From: a bacterium
Lineage (GTDB): Bacteria; CALINM01
Assembly (NCBI GenBank): GCA_041640455.1
Contig: JBEQAF010000014.1
Location: 1-33,533 of the forward strand
Reading direction: 5' to 3'
Length of the DNA stretch: 33,533 nt
Position numbers and translations under genes: made by a program. Shown one piece after another: positions 1 through 9,437 of the stretch. How positions within the stretch are numbered: position 1 is the stretch's first letter; the number at the start of each line of letters is the position of its first letter. The notes under the pieces are model-generated. The model worked only from the letters and a program-made list of their open reading frames with translations. It had not been told where the DNA came from and searched no databases.

Positions 1-356
1 ATCTCTGCGGCCATGGCAGAACCAGCTCGTGCAGTTACCATAATACTTGCCAATACAGGACCGAGCTCCCTGCAAAGACTTAATGCAACAACTGCTCCTA
101 CCATGCTTTCAGCCCCGAATCTTCTGAATCCGGTATAGGTCTGAAGCGCCAGCACCATCCCTGTAAAGGTGCTGACAAGAACAACTACAAACAAAGATTT
201 AACTCCTATAAACTCCATCTGATCAAATATTCTGCTGATTTTTAAAGGTCTTTTGAATGACCATCTGATAGTTCTTAAAAGTAGCAAACAGATAAGCCCT
301 GATTCCACAAAAAGTTTATAAACCGGTCTCCCGAGAAGTTCTATAATTCTCTTCAT
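1..356 (-). CDS. mlaE: MlaE-family ABC transporter permease (N-terminal part; runs off the window start)
   Basis: Manual translation from ATG at 356, overlapping the alr stop (TAATG): MKRIIELLGRPVYKLF...DQMEFIGVKSLFVVVLVSTFTGMVLALQ...RELGPVLASIMVTARAGSAMAAE, typical MlaE motifs. Not in the ORF track. Confidence 0.9.
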   Translation of the reverse strand, partial: MKRIIELLGRPVYKLFVESGLICLLLLRTIRWSFKRPLKISRIFDQMEFIGVKSLFVVVLVSTFTGMVLALQTYTGFRRFGAESMVGAVVALSLCRELGPVLASIMVTARAGSAMAAE

Positions 357-1450
357 TATTTGAAAACCCTCTTTACCCTTTTTGCCACCGCACAAAAAAG
401 CTCATATGAAATGGTTCCTGCCAGCTCGGCAATTTTATCAGGATGAACATCGGGATTTTCAAAGCCCCATAACACTACATCATCTCCTTTTTTTACATCT
501 CTTATATTTGTAACATCTACCATTGTCATATCCATACATACTCTACCGATAACCTTTGCAATGCCTTTGCCTTTTATGTATACTAAACCTTTATTTGACA
601 GGCATCTGAAATATCCATCGCCGTAACCCACGGAGAGGGTTGCAATAATGCTTTTTCTCCTTGTATGATAGGTGCAACCGTAGCTTATAGGAGTATTTGC
701 AGGAACTTCCTTAAGAGAGATAATTCTGGTTTTAAAACTCATGGCAGGTGTAAGTTTAATCTTTAGTCTCAGCCTTTCAGCAGGATATCCACCATAAAGC
801 ATAATACCAGGTCTGACAGCGTTTATGGAGATTGGTGTTTTATAGAAAATTCCAGCGCTATTGGCAATATGAATAATTTCGGGTTTTAAACCATTCTTTA
901 AAAACTGGTTAATAATCAGGCTAAATCTATCAATCTGCATGCGGGTAAAACTTCTGTCTGAATCTGCCGCAGCAAAATGGCTCATTAAACCGAATAGCCC
1001 TATATTTTTATTTCTCTTTATCAGATTTATAACGTTTTCTGTGTCTGATGGCATAAATCCCGTTCTTCCCATACCTGAATCAAACTCAAGATTTATCCGG
1101 TAGCGACCACCTGAGTCTATGAGACTTTTCAGCTGGTCAAAGTCGTAAACTACAGGTATTATCTGATCATCCAGATATTTTATCTCCTTTTCAAAAAATC
1201 CACCAAAAATTATGAATTTTTTGTTGGTAAGCTTTTTTAATAACAGAGCCTCTTTTACGCAGGCACATCCGAAAAAGTCTGAGAGATGTTCTATCTTTTT
1301 AAGAACCTGAAAAGCACCATGTCCGTATGCGTCATCTTTTATTACAGAAATAATTTTCTTATCTTTTGCAAATTTTCTGATTTCTGTAAGATTATTTTTG
1401 ATATGGTCTAAATAAATCTCTTTCCAGACAGGTCTACCTGTAATTTTCAT
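356..1450 (-). CDS. alr: Alanine racemase
   Basis: VIKDDAYGHG PLP-lysine motif, DSGMGRTG, HIANSAG, VRPGIMLYG, GYGDGY, GRVCMD, AGTISYE. Confidence 0.95.
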   Translation of the reverse strand: MKITGRPVWKEIYLDHIKNNLTEIRKFAKDKKIISVIKDDAYGHGAFQVLKKIEHLSDFFGCACVKEALLLKKLTNKKFIIFGGFFEKEIKYLDDQIIPVVYDFDQLKSLIDSGGRYRINLEFDSGMGRTGFMPSDTENVINLIKRNKNIGLFGLMSHFAAADSDRSFTRMQIDRFSLIINQFLKNGLKPEIIHIANSAGIFYKTPISINAVRPGIMLYGGYPAERLRLKIKLTPAMSFKTRIISLKEVPANTPISYGCTYHTRRKSIIATLSVGYGDGYFRCLSNKGLVYIKGKGIAKVIGRVCMDMTMVDVTNIRDVKKGDDVVLWGFENPDVHPDKIAELAGTISYELFCAVAKRVKRVFK

Positions 1451-1516
1451 ATCTAAACTTTTTATTATAATGAGAGGAAAAAGTAAAGAAATTTATTAAT
1501 TTAAAAGCTTTTCAGG

Positions 1517-2292
1517 TTATCTAAGCTTTTTCAGTTTAAAAGACATCCAGTCTGATCTTTCAAGCAGATCAATTACTTTATAATCGGCATAGAGGGAGAG
1601 AAAATGCTCCTTCTGATTTTTTAAAACTCCGCCGCAGTAAAGCTGACCATCAGCACGGAGAAGCCTTTTAATATCCCGATAAATTAGACTGTGAACATTT
1701 ATAGGAACATTTGCTGTAATAATCTGAAATGGCTTTTTTAAAAAAGAAATGTCTTTTAAAAGAAATAAAGCCGCATTTTTCCTTTTAATATTGCTTCTGA
1801 AATTAGATAAAGCCTCATTTAATACAAAAGGGTCTATATCAAGGGCATAAATTTTCCTTACCTGTTTTATCTTTGAAAGATAGATACTTAATATACCTGA
1901 GCCACATCCAATATCGAGGGCACGTTTATCTTTTCTTCCAAAAATCGCTCCTGCCAGCAGTTCAAGCATAATAAGGGTTGCTGGATGGTCAAAACCGAAG
2001 GATATGCCAGGTTTAATATTAATATGTTTTTTATCAAATGATGGATGAGTATTTAAAGAGAAAATGCAGTTACCGATCTTAAAAGGCGGGGATTTTTCTA
2101 AAATGTAGTTGGTTTTTGTTAAGATATCAAAGGAAAAAGGAATTTTTTTTTAGTCAAAAAAGCTTCCAATCTATTGTTCTCAAATCTGTGTGAAAAAATT
2201 GATATTTTATCTTGCCCTTTTCTTAGGACAGAAAAACTCTTTAACTCTCTTAAGGGGATATCTTTTTGTATTAAAAACTCATATCTTTTCAT
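1517..2292 (-). pseudogene. prmA: PrmA-like SAM-dependent methyltransferase, frameshifted in an A9 run (T 2143-2151); 258 aa if one A is added
   Basis: ATG at 2292 follows an AAGGA RBS and reads MKRYEFLIQ...LTKKK, then stops early. The -1 frame continues IPFSFDIL...IKPGISFGFDHPATLIMLE-ALDIGCGSGILSI...ITANVP (SAM motifs I and IV). Confidence 0.7.
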
Positions 2293-3541
2293 GGTTAATC
2301 CTTTTTATCAGTACTCTTTTAATCTTATTCCCCTTGATGTTTTTAATTTTCAGTAAAAGACCATCATAGGTAATCTCTTCATCTTTTTTAGGAATCTTCC
2401 CCAGTATGTAAAAAATAAATCCAGCCAGAGTATTCTCTTCTTCAGGCAGCTTTACATTTAGTAGCTGATTGATATTTCTTATTGAGATATTGCCACTGGC
2501 AAGAAAGGTGTTTTCATTTATGGTTCTTAGCATTATCTCCTCATCAAAGTCGTGCTCATCTCTTATCTCGCCCAGTATCTCTTCAATAATATCTTCCATC
2601 GTAACAATACCCTCAAAATTTCCATATTCATCAACCACGCAACTCAGATGGACTCTATTTTTTCGTAGAAGCTCAAAGGCTTCATCAATAGAAATTATGT
2701 CAGGTACAAAAAGTGGTGCTCTCATTATTTTTTTTAGATTAAATGTCTCTTCTTCCTCCCAGAACTCCATAATGTCCTTGGAATGGATAATGCCAATAAT
2801 ATTATCTCTGTGCTCTTCATAAACCGGGTATCTTGAATATTTATTGTTTCTGATAATTTTTAGACAGGTTTTTAGGTCATCTGCTACGTCAAGACTGATG
2901 ACCTGAGATTTGGGAACCATTATTTCTCTGCAGGTAATTTCGGAGATATTCCATATGTTCTTGTAAATAAAAGCCTTTTCCCGCTCGAGTATCCCCTCTT
3001 CCTGAGCTATGGAGAATATTGATTTTACATCCTCACTGGTAAGTTTTTTATGCTCTGATTTTTTGATCCCCAGAAATCCAAACACCAGATTAACCAGCAG
3101 AACAAAATATTTAATGATAGGATAAAGAACTTTATAAATCAGATTTGTAAGCGGTGCAAAAAAAAGCGAAAATCTCTCAGGTATACTTGCTGCAAGTGTT
3201 TTTGGAGCTATCTCTCCGAATATTATTATCAATACTGTGGTCAGCAGGGAGCTGTAAATAATACCTTTTTCTCCGAAGATGTTGTAAAAAATATATGCAG
3301 AGTATGATGCAAGAAATATATTTACAATATTGTTAGATACCAGAATGACGCTTAAAAAGCTTTCAGGGTTTTCCTGAAAGGATAGTATTATTTTTGCCTT
3401 TTTGTTTTTCTTTAAAAGGCTTTTTAGCCGCAATCTGTTTGAAAATAATGTGGCGGTTTCAATACCGGAAAAGTACGCGGAAAAAAGAAGTAATATTATG
3501 TAGACAAATAATGATATTAAACTTTCTGTTTCAGCTTCCAA
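2279..3541 (-). CDS. HlyC/CorC (CNNM, DUF21-CBS-CorC) family membrane transporter
   Basis: N-terminal TM helices with FSGIETA, FGEIAPK; CBS pair (EIMVP, YSRYPVY, VVDEYG..GIVTMEDIIEEILGEIRDEHD); TTG start. Confidence 0.9.
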   Translation of the reverse strand: MEAETESLISLFVYIILLLFSAYFSGIETATLFSNRLRLKSLLKKNKKAKIILSFQENPESFLSVILVSNNIVNIFLASYSAYIFYNIFGEKGIIYSSLLTTVLIIIFGEIAPKTLAASIPERFSLFFAPLTNLIYKVLYPIIKYFVLLVNLVFGFLGIKKSEHKKLTSEDVKSIFSIAQEEGILEREKAFIYKNIWNISEITCREIMVPKSQVISLDVADDLKTCLKIIRNNKYSRYPVYEEHRDNIIGIIHSKDIMEFWEEEETFNLKKIMRAPLFVPDIISIDEAFELLRKNRVHLSCVVDEYGNFEGIVTMEDIIEEILGEIRDEHDFDEEIMLRTINENTFLASGNISIRNINQLLNVKLPEEENTLAGFIFYILGKIPKKDEEITYDGLLLKIKNIKGNKIKRVLIKRINHEKI

Positions 3542-3562
3542 ATAATGAACTCTCCAAAAATA

Positions 3563-3916
3563 TTAGCAGGGCTATAAGCCGGGTTCTGTTTAAGGAGTTC
3601 ATTCATCTGTGCAAGACTGTTGCCAGTCCCGTCTTGCAGCCTACCCGCTCTTACCCTTATTGGGGATGGAGGCACATCAATCTTTTTAGATTTAAGAGCC
3701 TATTTGGCTTTGCTCCGGGTGGGGTTTACCCTGCCGCAGGTGTCACCACCTGCGCGGTGAGCTCTTACCTCACCTTTTCACCCTTACCGTAAAAATTACG
3801 GCGGTGTATTTTCTGTGGCACTTTCCTTCTGTTTCCAGAACTTCCCGTTAGGAAGCACCCCGCCTCTTGGAGCCCGGACTTTCCTCTCCTTTCGGAGCGA
3901 ACTCCAGCCCTGCTAA
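3563..3916 (-). ncRNA. rnpB: RNase P RNA (bacterial type A)
   Basis: Minus strand has GAGGAAAGTCCGGGCTC near the 5' end, GGAAAGTGCCACAGAAAA, GGGTAAACCCCACCCGGAGCAA, and 3' ACAGAACCCGGCTTAT; terminal P1 pairing TTAGCAGGGCT/AGCCCTGCTAA. Confidence 0.97.
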
Positions 3917-3920
3917 ATAT

Positions 3921-3929
3921 ATTTTAGCA
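3921..3929 (-). promoter_or_regulatory. Putative extended -10 promoter for rnpB
   Basis: TG-C-TAAAAT a few nt upstream of the rnpB 5' end. Confidence 0.5.
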
Positions 3930-3963
3930 AAAAAAATATAAATTTTAAATCTGTGGTCATTAA

Positions 3964-5322
3964 CTATGAATAGCTATGAGCTATATCAGCAAAAAGGGTA
4001 AGTTTATCGTTAAAAAATACCTTAACCGTGTCGGTCGGACCGTTTCTTTGTTTTGCAACTATAATTTCTGCAATATTCTTTTTATCATCGGGGATCTCTT
4101 TGCCTGCCAGTCTGAGATAATAATCTTCCCTGTATATGAATATAATAACATCTGCATCCTGTTCTATAGCTCCGGATTCTCTCAGATGAGCAAGCTGCGG
4201 TTTTTTTTCCATTCCCTTCCCCGTTTCTACGGCTCTGTTAAGCTGAGAAAGAGCTATCACGGGAATATTAAGCTCTTTGGCTAAAGCTTTGAGGGATCTT
4301 GATATCTCAGAGATCTCCTGCTCCCGATTATCCTTACCTTCGCTTGCTCTCATAAGCTGGAGATAATCTATAATTATGAGCTGAATATTTTTTTCCGATT
4401 TAAGTTTTCTTGCCTTAGAACGTAATTCAAGAATTGACAGCGCCGGTGTGTCATCTATGAAAATGCTTGCCTGAGAAAGCCTGGAAATAGTAGTTGTAAT
4501 ATTGGGAAACTCTTTTTTATCAATAAACCCCGTTCTAAGCCTGTGTAGCTCAATCTTAGCCTCTGCGCAGATAAGCCTTAATCCAATCTGTTCCTTTGAC
4601 ATTTCGAGAGAAAAAAAGGCACAGGGCACATGTCCAATAAGTGCGGCGTTTTTAAGAATGGATAGGGCAAAGGATGTCTTTCCCATCCCGGGACGCCCTG
4701 CAATGATTATAAGATCTGTGGGCTGAAGTCCAGCCGTAAGCTTGTCCAGGTCTGAAAAGCCTGTTGGAATACCAGTTATAGCCTCTTTTTTATCGTAAAG
4801 TCTTTTTATGGTGGTAAAGCTTTTTTTAAGCACCTCCCCCAGAGGGCTAATAGTGCTTGTAGTGCGCTCCTTTTGAGTGATAGAGAATATCTTCTCCTCA
4901 GACTGGTCTAAAAATTTTTCCACATCCTCAATGGGCTCAAAGGATGCATTATAAATCTCTCCAGACACATCTATGAGTTTTCTTAAAATAGATTTTTCCT
5001 TAACTATCTTTGCATAATGGGCAATATTTGCCGATGAGGCAATGTTATCAATGAGGCTTGAAAGATAGGATGCTCCGCCCACCTTTTCAAGGAGGTCTCT
5101 TTTAAGGAAATAGTCTGTAAGAGAGATAAGATCCACAGGCTCATTTCGATCAATCATATCAATAATGGCTTGATAAATTAGCCTGTGAGATTCAAAGTAA
5201 AAATCCTCTATCTTTAACAGATCAGTGATTTTATTGACAGCATCCCTGTCGATTAAGATGCCCCCCAGAATAGACTGCTCAGCATCTCTATTATGGGGGA
5301 TAATTTTCTGTTTATTTTTCAT
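3964..5322 (-). CDS. dnaB: Replicative DNA helicase
   Basis: AEQSILGG, AGRPGMGKT Walker A, IIIDYLQLM, LSQLNR, LRESGAIEQDAD, AKQRNGPT; no intein. Confidence 0.98.
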   Translation of the reverse strand: MKNKQKIIPHNRDAEQSILGGILIDRDAVNKITDLLKIEDFYFESHRLIYQAIIDMIDRNEPVDLISLTDYFLKRDLLEKVGGASYLSSLIDNIASSANIAHYAKIVKEKSILRKLIDVSGEIYNASFEPIEDVEKFLDQSEEKIFSITQKERTTSTISPLGEVLKKSFTTIKRLYDKKEAITGIPTGFSDLDKLTAGLQPTDLIIIAGRPGMGKTSFALSILKNAALIGHVPCAFFSLEMSKEQIGLRLICAEAKIELHRLRTGFIDKKEFPNITTTISRLSQASIFIDDTPALSILELRSKARKLKSEKNIQLIIIDYLQLMRASEGKDNREQEISEISRSLKALAKELNIPVIALSQLNRAVETGKGMEKKPQLAHLRESGAIEQDADVIIFIYREDYYLRLAGKEIPDDKKNIAEIIVAKQRNGPTDTVKVFFNDKLTLFADIAHSYS

Positions 5323-5764
5323 CTTCCTTTACTAAGACAACTTTTAAACTGGCAGTAACATTTCCTTCCAGCTTTATCTTAACCTCATATTCACCAAGGG
5401 TTTTCAATGGCTGGTCAAGCATAATCTTCTTTCTGTCTATATTTAACCCCTGTTTTTTAAGCTCTTCGGCAATATTGATTGATGTAATAGATCCGAATAG
5501 TTTTCCTTCTTCGCCCGCCTTAACGGTTAAAGTCAGGGTAAGGGATGATATTTTTTCTGCCAGCGTTTCAGCCTGTTTCTTTATCTTTCTTATCTTCTCC
5601 TCGGTCTGTCTTTTTAGGTGTTCAAAAACTCTCATGTTTTTTTCATCGGCTATCACTGCCAGCTTTTTAGGAATAAGAAAATTTCTTGCGTAACCATCTG
5701 AAACGTTAACAATATCACCTGCATGTCCAAGTGATTCAACATCTGCCTGTAATAAAACCTTCAT
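5312..5764 (-). CDS. rplI: 50S ribosomal protein L9
   Basis: MKVLL..DVESLG..GDIVNVSDGYARNFLIP, GKLFGSIT. Confidence 0.98.
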   Translation of the reverse strand: MKVLLQADVESLGHAGDIVNVSDGYARNFLIPKKLAVIADEKNMRVFEHLKRQTEEKIRKIKKQAETLAEKISSLTLTLTVKAGEEGKLFGSITSINIAEELKKQGLNIDRKKIMLDQPLKTLGEYEVKIKLEGNVTASLKVVLVKEDEK

Positions 5765-5766
5765 AT

Positions 5767-6678
5767 TTATGCCTCCTTTAAACGCTTTTTAATATCAAAC
5801 TGAACATCAAGAATGCCTATAAGGCTTATAAGAAACCACATAATATGGTTTGCCAGAAAGAAAAAATAAAAGAAAAATGCCACATATAGTGGTATTCCAA
5901 ACCTGGTAAAAAACTGATTCGAAGTAGCTATACCCTGAAAAAAGTAAAAGGAGAGAAAATAAAGAGCTAAATTCATACCTGCTGTTGATATTACAGCTTC
6001 ATCTGACAATAGATAAGCCAGCATGCCTAAATTTATAAACCAGACACCGCTAAAACTGATGGATATTTTAGAAAAAGGCTCTGTCAGGTTATCCGGCAGG
6101 TTTTTAAACAGTTTCAGTACCAGATAAAGATTTAAAAAACCAAATATTACAAACTGAAGCAGAGCTAAAAAGGGATGGTAATGCTTAATCAGATTCTTGC
6201 TAAACTCCTGATACTCCTTTAACCCCTTCTCGTCCATAATGCCTTTGAAAAGGCTGTTTGATGTCTCTGTGGCGTATTCAATGGTCTCTTCTATGGTTTT
6301 TGTTATCAGTCCCATCTTGATTTCAAGAATACTCATGTAAACTATAAAAAAAGCTGATATCAGTATGGTTGAAAGAAAAAACAGATTGCCTTTGCTAATA
6401 TTCTCACGAGTCTTCATAAGAAGCAGTATACTCCCTGCAAATAAGAAGGGGTAAAAAAGATTAAATGTTACGGCTATTCTCTCGTTCAACATAAGTACCA
6501 GAATACAGAGTATCAGAATGAGACTGACTATCTCCTTTCGCCCGTTAAATAAAAAACCCAGCATCAGTCCGCCTAACAGATAGCTCATAGTCAGAAAAAG
6601 GGTTTGCGAAATAAAGTATGAGATAAAAATTAAAAAAAGTAAAAAAAAGCTTTTTCTGTCGCTATGTTGTAAAAACAT
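5767..6678 (-). CDS. DUF2232/YybS-family membrane protein
   Basis: Very hydrophobic 303 aa with YFFQG and IGILD..FDIKKR, in the known position between rpsR and rplI. Confidence 0.75.
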   Translation of the reverse strand: MFLQHSDRKSFFLLFLIFISYFISQTLFLTMSYLLGGLMLGFLFNGRKEIVSLILILCILVLMLNERIAVTFNLFYPFLFAGSILLLMKTRENISKGNLFFLSTILISAFFIVYMSILEIKMGLITKTIEETIEYATETSNSLFKGIMDEKGLKEYQEFSKNLIKHYHPFLALLQFVIFGFLNLYLVLKLFKNLPDNLTEPFSKISISFSGVWFINLGMLAYLLSDEAVISTAGMNLALYFLSFYFFQGIATSNQFFTRFGIPLYVAFFFYFFFLANHIMWFLISLIGILDVQFDIKKRLKEA

Positions 6679-6922
6679 GAGTAACCGTTGAGTAGGGCAG
6701 AAGTGCTAACTGTCTTGCCCTTTTTATGGCTGTGCTGAGCTCTCTCTGATGTTTAGCACAGTTACCGGTATATCTTCTGGAGAGAATTTTCCCTCTCTCG
6801 GAAACAAACTGCTTAAGGAAATTAGGCTTTTTGTAATCTATAACATACTTTTTGTCAGCACAAAATTTGCAGTATTTTTTTCTTGGGACAAACTTTTTTC
6901 TATCAGTGCTATTTATAGCCAT
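6662..6922 (-). CDS. rpsR: 30S ribosomal protein S18 (zinc-binding C+ type)
   Basis: [44 protein letters not shown]. Confidence 0.98.
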   Translation of the reverse strand: MAINSTDRKKFVPRKKYCKFCADKKYVIDYKKPNFLKQFVSERGKILSRRYTGNCAKHQRELSTAIKRARQLALLPYSTVTHVFTT

Positions 6923-6937
6923 ATAAACCTCCGTTTT

Positions 6938-7357
6938 TTAAAATGGTATATCGTCTTCTATCGGTAAATCATCTGAAAAATTATCATCCAGACTGGCGCT
7001 CTCATCTATTATGCCACCTCCGCCTGTTTTTCCACCCAGAAACTGAACCCTTTGCGCAATTATATAAATTTTAGTTCTTTTTGTTCCGTCAGGAGCATCC
7101 CATCTTCTCATAGCCAGTCTTCCGTCAACAAATACAGGTCTACCTTTTGACAGGTAGTTACCGCAGTTTTCCGCCTGTTTACCAAAAACAACCACATCAA
7201 AAAAGCCAACCTCTTCCTTAACTCCCTGCTCCTTGCTGTTATATTTAGAGTTTATGGCAAGAGTAAAGTTGGCAACAGCCAGCCCACCCTGATTATAGGT
7301 TAGCTTGGGATCTGCGGTCAGATTCCCCATAAGCAGTACCTTGTTGTAGGAAGCCAT
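6938..7357 (-). CDS. ssb: Single-stranded DNA-binding protein
   Basis: NKVLLMGNLTADP, KGRPVFVDGRL, C-terminal DDIPF. Confidence 0.97.
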   Translation of the reverse strand: MASYNKVLLMGNLTADPKLTYNQGGLAVANFTLAINSKYNSKEQGVKEEVGFFDVVVFGKQAENCGNYLSKGRPVFVDGRLAMRRWDAPDGTKRTKIYIIAQRVQFLGGKTGGGGIIDESASLDDNFSDDLPIEDDIPF

Positions 7358-7360
7358 ATA

Positions 7361-7693
7361 CTATCCTTCCTGTTCTTTTTTTGGTTCTTCTTTGGGAAGA
7401 TAGGGGGTTGGATCATCTACCTTAACAGAAAGATACCTCAGTACGTCAGCCTGAAGATTCATCTCCTGTTCAAGCTTGGACACACATTGCTGATTTGCCT
7501 GGTAGAAAAGATAAATGTAGTAACCAAACTCTTTGTGATTAATAGGGTAAGCCAGCCGCCTTCGTCCCCATTCATCTTCTTTGATTAGCTTTCCATTTTT
7601 CTGGATAACGTTTCTGAACCGGGATTTAAGGTTTTCTTTGTCCTCCGGTGAAACATCTGCCGCTAAGACATAGGTAGTCTCGTAATAACGCAT
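7361..7693 (-). CDS. rpsF: 30S ribosomal protein S6
   Basis: MRYYET, WGRRRLAYPI, VLRYL. Confidence 0.97.
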   Translation of the reverse strand: MRYYETTYVLAADVSPEDKENLKSRFRNVIQKNGKLIKEDEWGRRRLAYPINHKEFGYYIYLFYQANQQCVSKLEQEMNLQADVLRYLSVKVDDPTPYLPKEEPKKEQEG

Positions 7694-7699
7694 CTAAAT

Positions 7700-7749
7700 A
7701 CCTCCTTCTGGTTAATTTTTTTAGCCCCACATTAAGGGAGCAAGGAGCA
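7700..7749 (-). promoter_or_regulatory. S6:S18 ribosomal protein leader RNA
   Basis: Minus strand CTCCTT-GCTCCC-ttaatgt-GGGGC...ACCA-GAAGGAGG: anti-SD CTCCTT pairs with the rpsF SD, with an inner hairpin and an unpaired CCA, as in the known S6:S18 leader. Confidence 0.75.
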
Positions 7750-7824
7750 AAAATTTTAATATATTTTACAAGAAAAAAATTTTTTTTGACAGAAAATTTT
7801 TTAAGATCAGATTTTATAAGAAGA

Positions 7825-7854
7825 GAGGTGAGAAGGGGAAAGATTTCTCACCTC
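7825..7854 (-). terminator. Intrinsic terminator-like hairpin after the cytochrome gene
   Basis: 10-bp stem GAGGTGAGAA/TTCTCACCTC about 10 nt past the stop, followed by TCTTCTT on the minus strand. Confidence 0.6.
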
Positions 7855-7864
7855 CTTATGATGC

Positions 7865-9241
7865 TTATAATTTAACTTTTAAGGTTTTTTCTTTCATAAG
7901 GATGGTTGGTATCTTAGGGGCATCTTTACCCAGAAGAAGATTGGCAACCTTCTGAGGATATGACCTATAGTTTAGTCTAACCTGAACATCCAGCTCTTTC
8001 TCATTTTTAGGCAGTATGAAACTGTATTTTACTTTTTTGTAACCCTTAGGCGGGATAGTATTATTGTATTCAAACCTTGCAATCTCCCATGGCTTTACGG
8101 TGTGTCTGCCTTCCTGATCCACTGCATAGGCATTAAATACCTCCGTGCCTTCCGGGATATTGCCTTCTTTATCCAGCCTGCCTGACTCGTAAATTATATT
8201 CCCCTTTTTATCTTTTGCAATCACTTCAAGCCACATCTCTCTAACCTCCGTAAGGCTTGTGGGCAGATTATGTCCCGCTGTCTCGTTAATTACCTTAACT
8301 TCAAGCTCACCAAGTCCATTCTTTTCTTTTTTAAACTTTAGCTCAAGACCTGCAGCATTTTGTAGTCTTTTTATAGCCATATCAGAGTGTTTCTTGGATC
8401 CCATTAATGCAGTGACAACGGCATTTCCACCGACAAACTCATGGGTATAAACATCCTTCTCTCTATTAGGTCCGGTTATACAGGGTTTTCCTGGAAGGCT
8501 ATCAGGTTTTTTTAAGGTTTTTGCAGTCTGAATGGCAACTTCTACAGGAACCATATGGCAGTCCTGACATTGAATCCCCTTCTGGGCATATACCGAAAAT
8601 TTCCATTCTGTATATGTGTTCTCAATGTGGAAGTTGGTTACAGGATGAAAAACATTATGACAGCTTCCACAAAACTCTGATTTTGTATGGAGCTCTGAAT
8701 ATTCGGTCTTATGGTAGGGAGAAATTGCATCCCTATAAGGTCCTCTTTTTACATCTCCTGGAGAAACTACGAAAGAGGCATTCTGAGGCAGCCCTGTTGG
8801 ACTTATCTTCATTCTTGTATCGGATATGGTATGGCAAAGATCGCAGGTAACCCCCTCCTTAGCAATATCGCTTGCCTCAAATCTGCCGTTTTCAAATTTG
8901 ACTTCCTGAGCCACAGTACCGATGGCTGTATGGCATCCTGCACATAGATTTCTTCCAGCACCGTCTAACTCCTTTTCAGCCAGAGCCCAGAGGGCTTGAA
9001 AAACTGGATCTTTAAAAGAGTTGGAATGCATAGAACCGTTCCACTGATTATAGATATCTGGATGACAGCCCATGCAGACCTGCGATGATTCAAAATCAGA
9101 TGATTTAACTGTTTTCCCATCTTTTGTGTTTAAAAGAGAAGGAAAGAAAGGAAACTGCTCTTTGATTTTTGTCTCATCAAGGGCAAATGCAACACTACTT
9201 AAGGAAAACACAATCACAGCAAACACAAATAATTTTTTCAT
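7865..9241 (-). CDS. Periplasmic pentaheme c-type cytochrome (c554-like N-terminal region)
   Basis: Signal peptide ending AFA; five CxxCH motifs (CMGCH, CAGCH, CDLCH, CGSCH, CQDCH); W.GSMH; AGHNLPT...WLEV C-terminal domain. Confidence 0.9.
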   Translation of the reverse strand: MKKLFVFAVIVFSLSSVAFALDETKIKEQFPFFPSLLNTKDGKTVKSSDFESSQVCMGCHPDIYNQWNGSMHSNSFKDPVFQALWALAEKELDGAGRNLCAGCHTAIGTVAQEVKFENGRFEASDIAKEGVTCDLCHTISDTRMKISPTGLPQNASFVVSPGDVKRGPYRDAISPYHKTEYSELHTKSEFCGSCHNVFHPVTNFHIENTYTEWKFSVYAQKGIQCQDCHMVPVEVAIQTAKTLKKPDSLPGKPCITGPNREKDVYTHEFVGGNAVVTALMGSKKHSDMAIKRLQNAAGLELKFKKEKNGLGELEVKVINETAGHNLPTSLTEVREMWLEVIAKDKKGNIIYESGRLDKEGNIPEGTEVFNAYAVDQEGRHTVKPWEIARFEYNNTIPPKGYKKVKYSFILPKNEKELDVQVRLNYRSYPQKVANLLLGKDAPKIPTILMKEKTLKVKL

Positions 9242-9261
9242 AGCACCTCCTTAACTTTTTC

Positions 9262-9288
9262 TAATTTAGATATAATTTGTCTAAATTA
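9262..9288. promoter_or_regulatory. Operator-like inverted repeat upstream of the cytochrome gene
   Basis: TAATTTAGA-N9-TCTAAATTA between a minus-strand TTGACA (9310-9315) and the AAGGAGG RBS. Confidence 0.45.
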
Positions 9289-9410
9289 ATATCATACATT
9301 TTAAAAGATTGTCAATAATAATTTTTTTTAGAAATTTATAGCAGAAAAAAATCTTTTGTCAAAAATAACAGAAAAAAAATAGAGAATTTTATTATGGGAA
9401 CTGAAAATAT

Positions 9411-9430
9411 AAAGGGGCATAAGCCCCCTA
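9411..9430 (-). terminator. Intrinsic terminator after had
   Basis: Minus strand GGGGGC-TTAT-GCCCCT followed by TTATATTTT. Confidence 0.6.
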
Positions 9431-9437
9431 AATGAGA

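Noticed and set aside
1451..1500. Leaderless-type promoter for alr (TATAAT near the ATG, no SD)
   Set aside because: The region is very AT-rich and the -35 spacing does not fit; cannot be supported without TSS data
3394..3792. 132-aa plus-strand ORF
   Set aside because: Antisense to rnpB and hlyC; no RBS or recognisable motif
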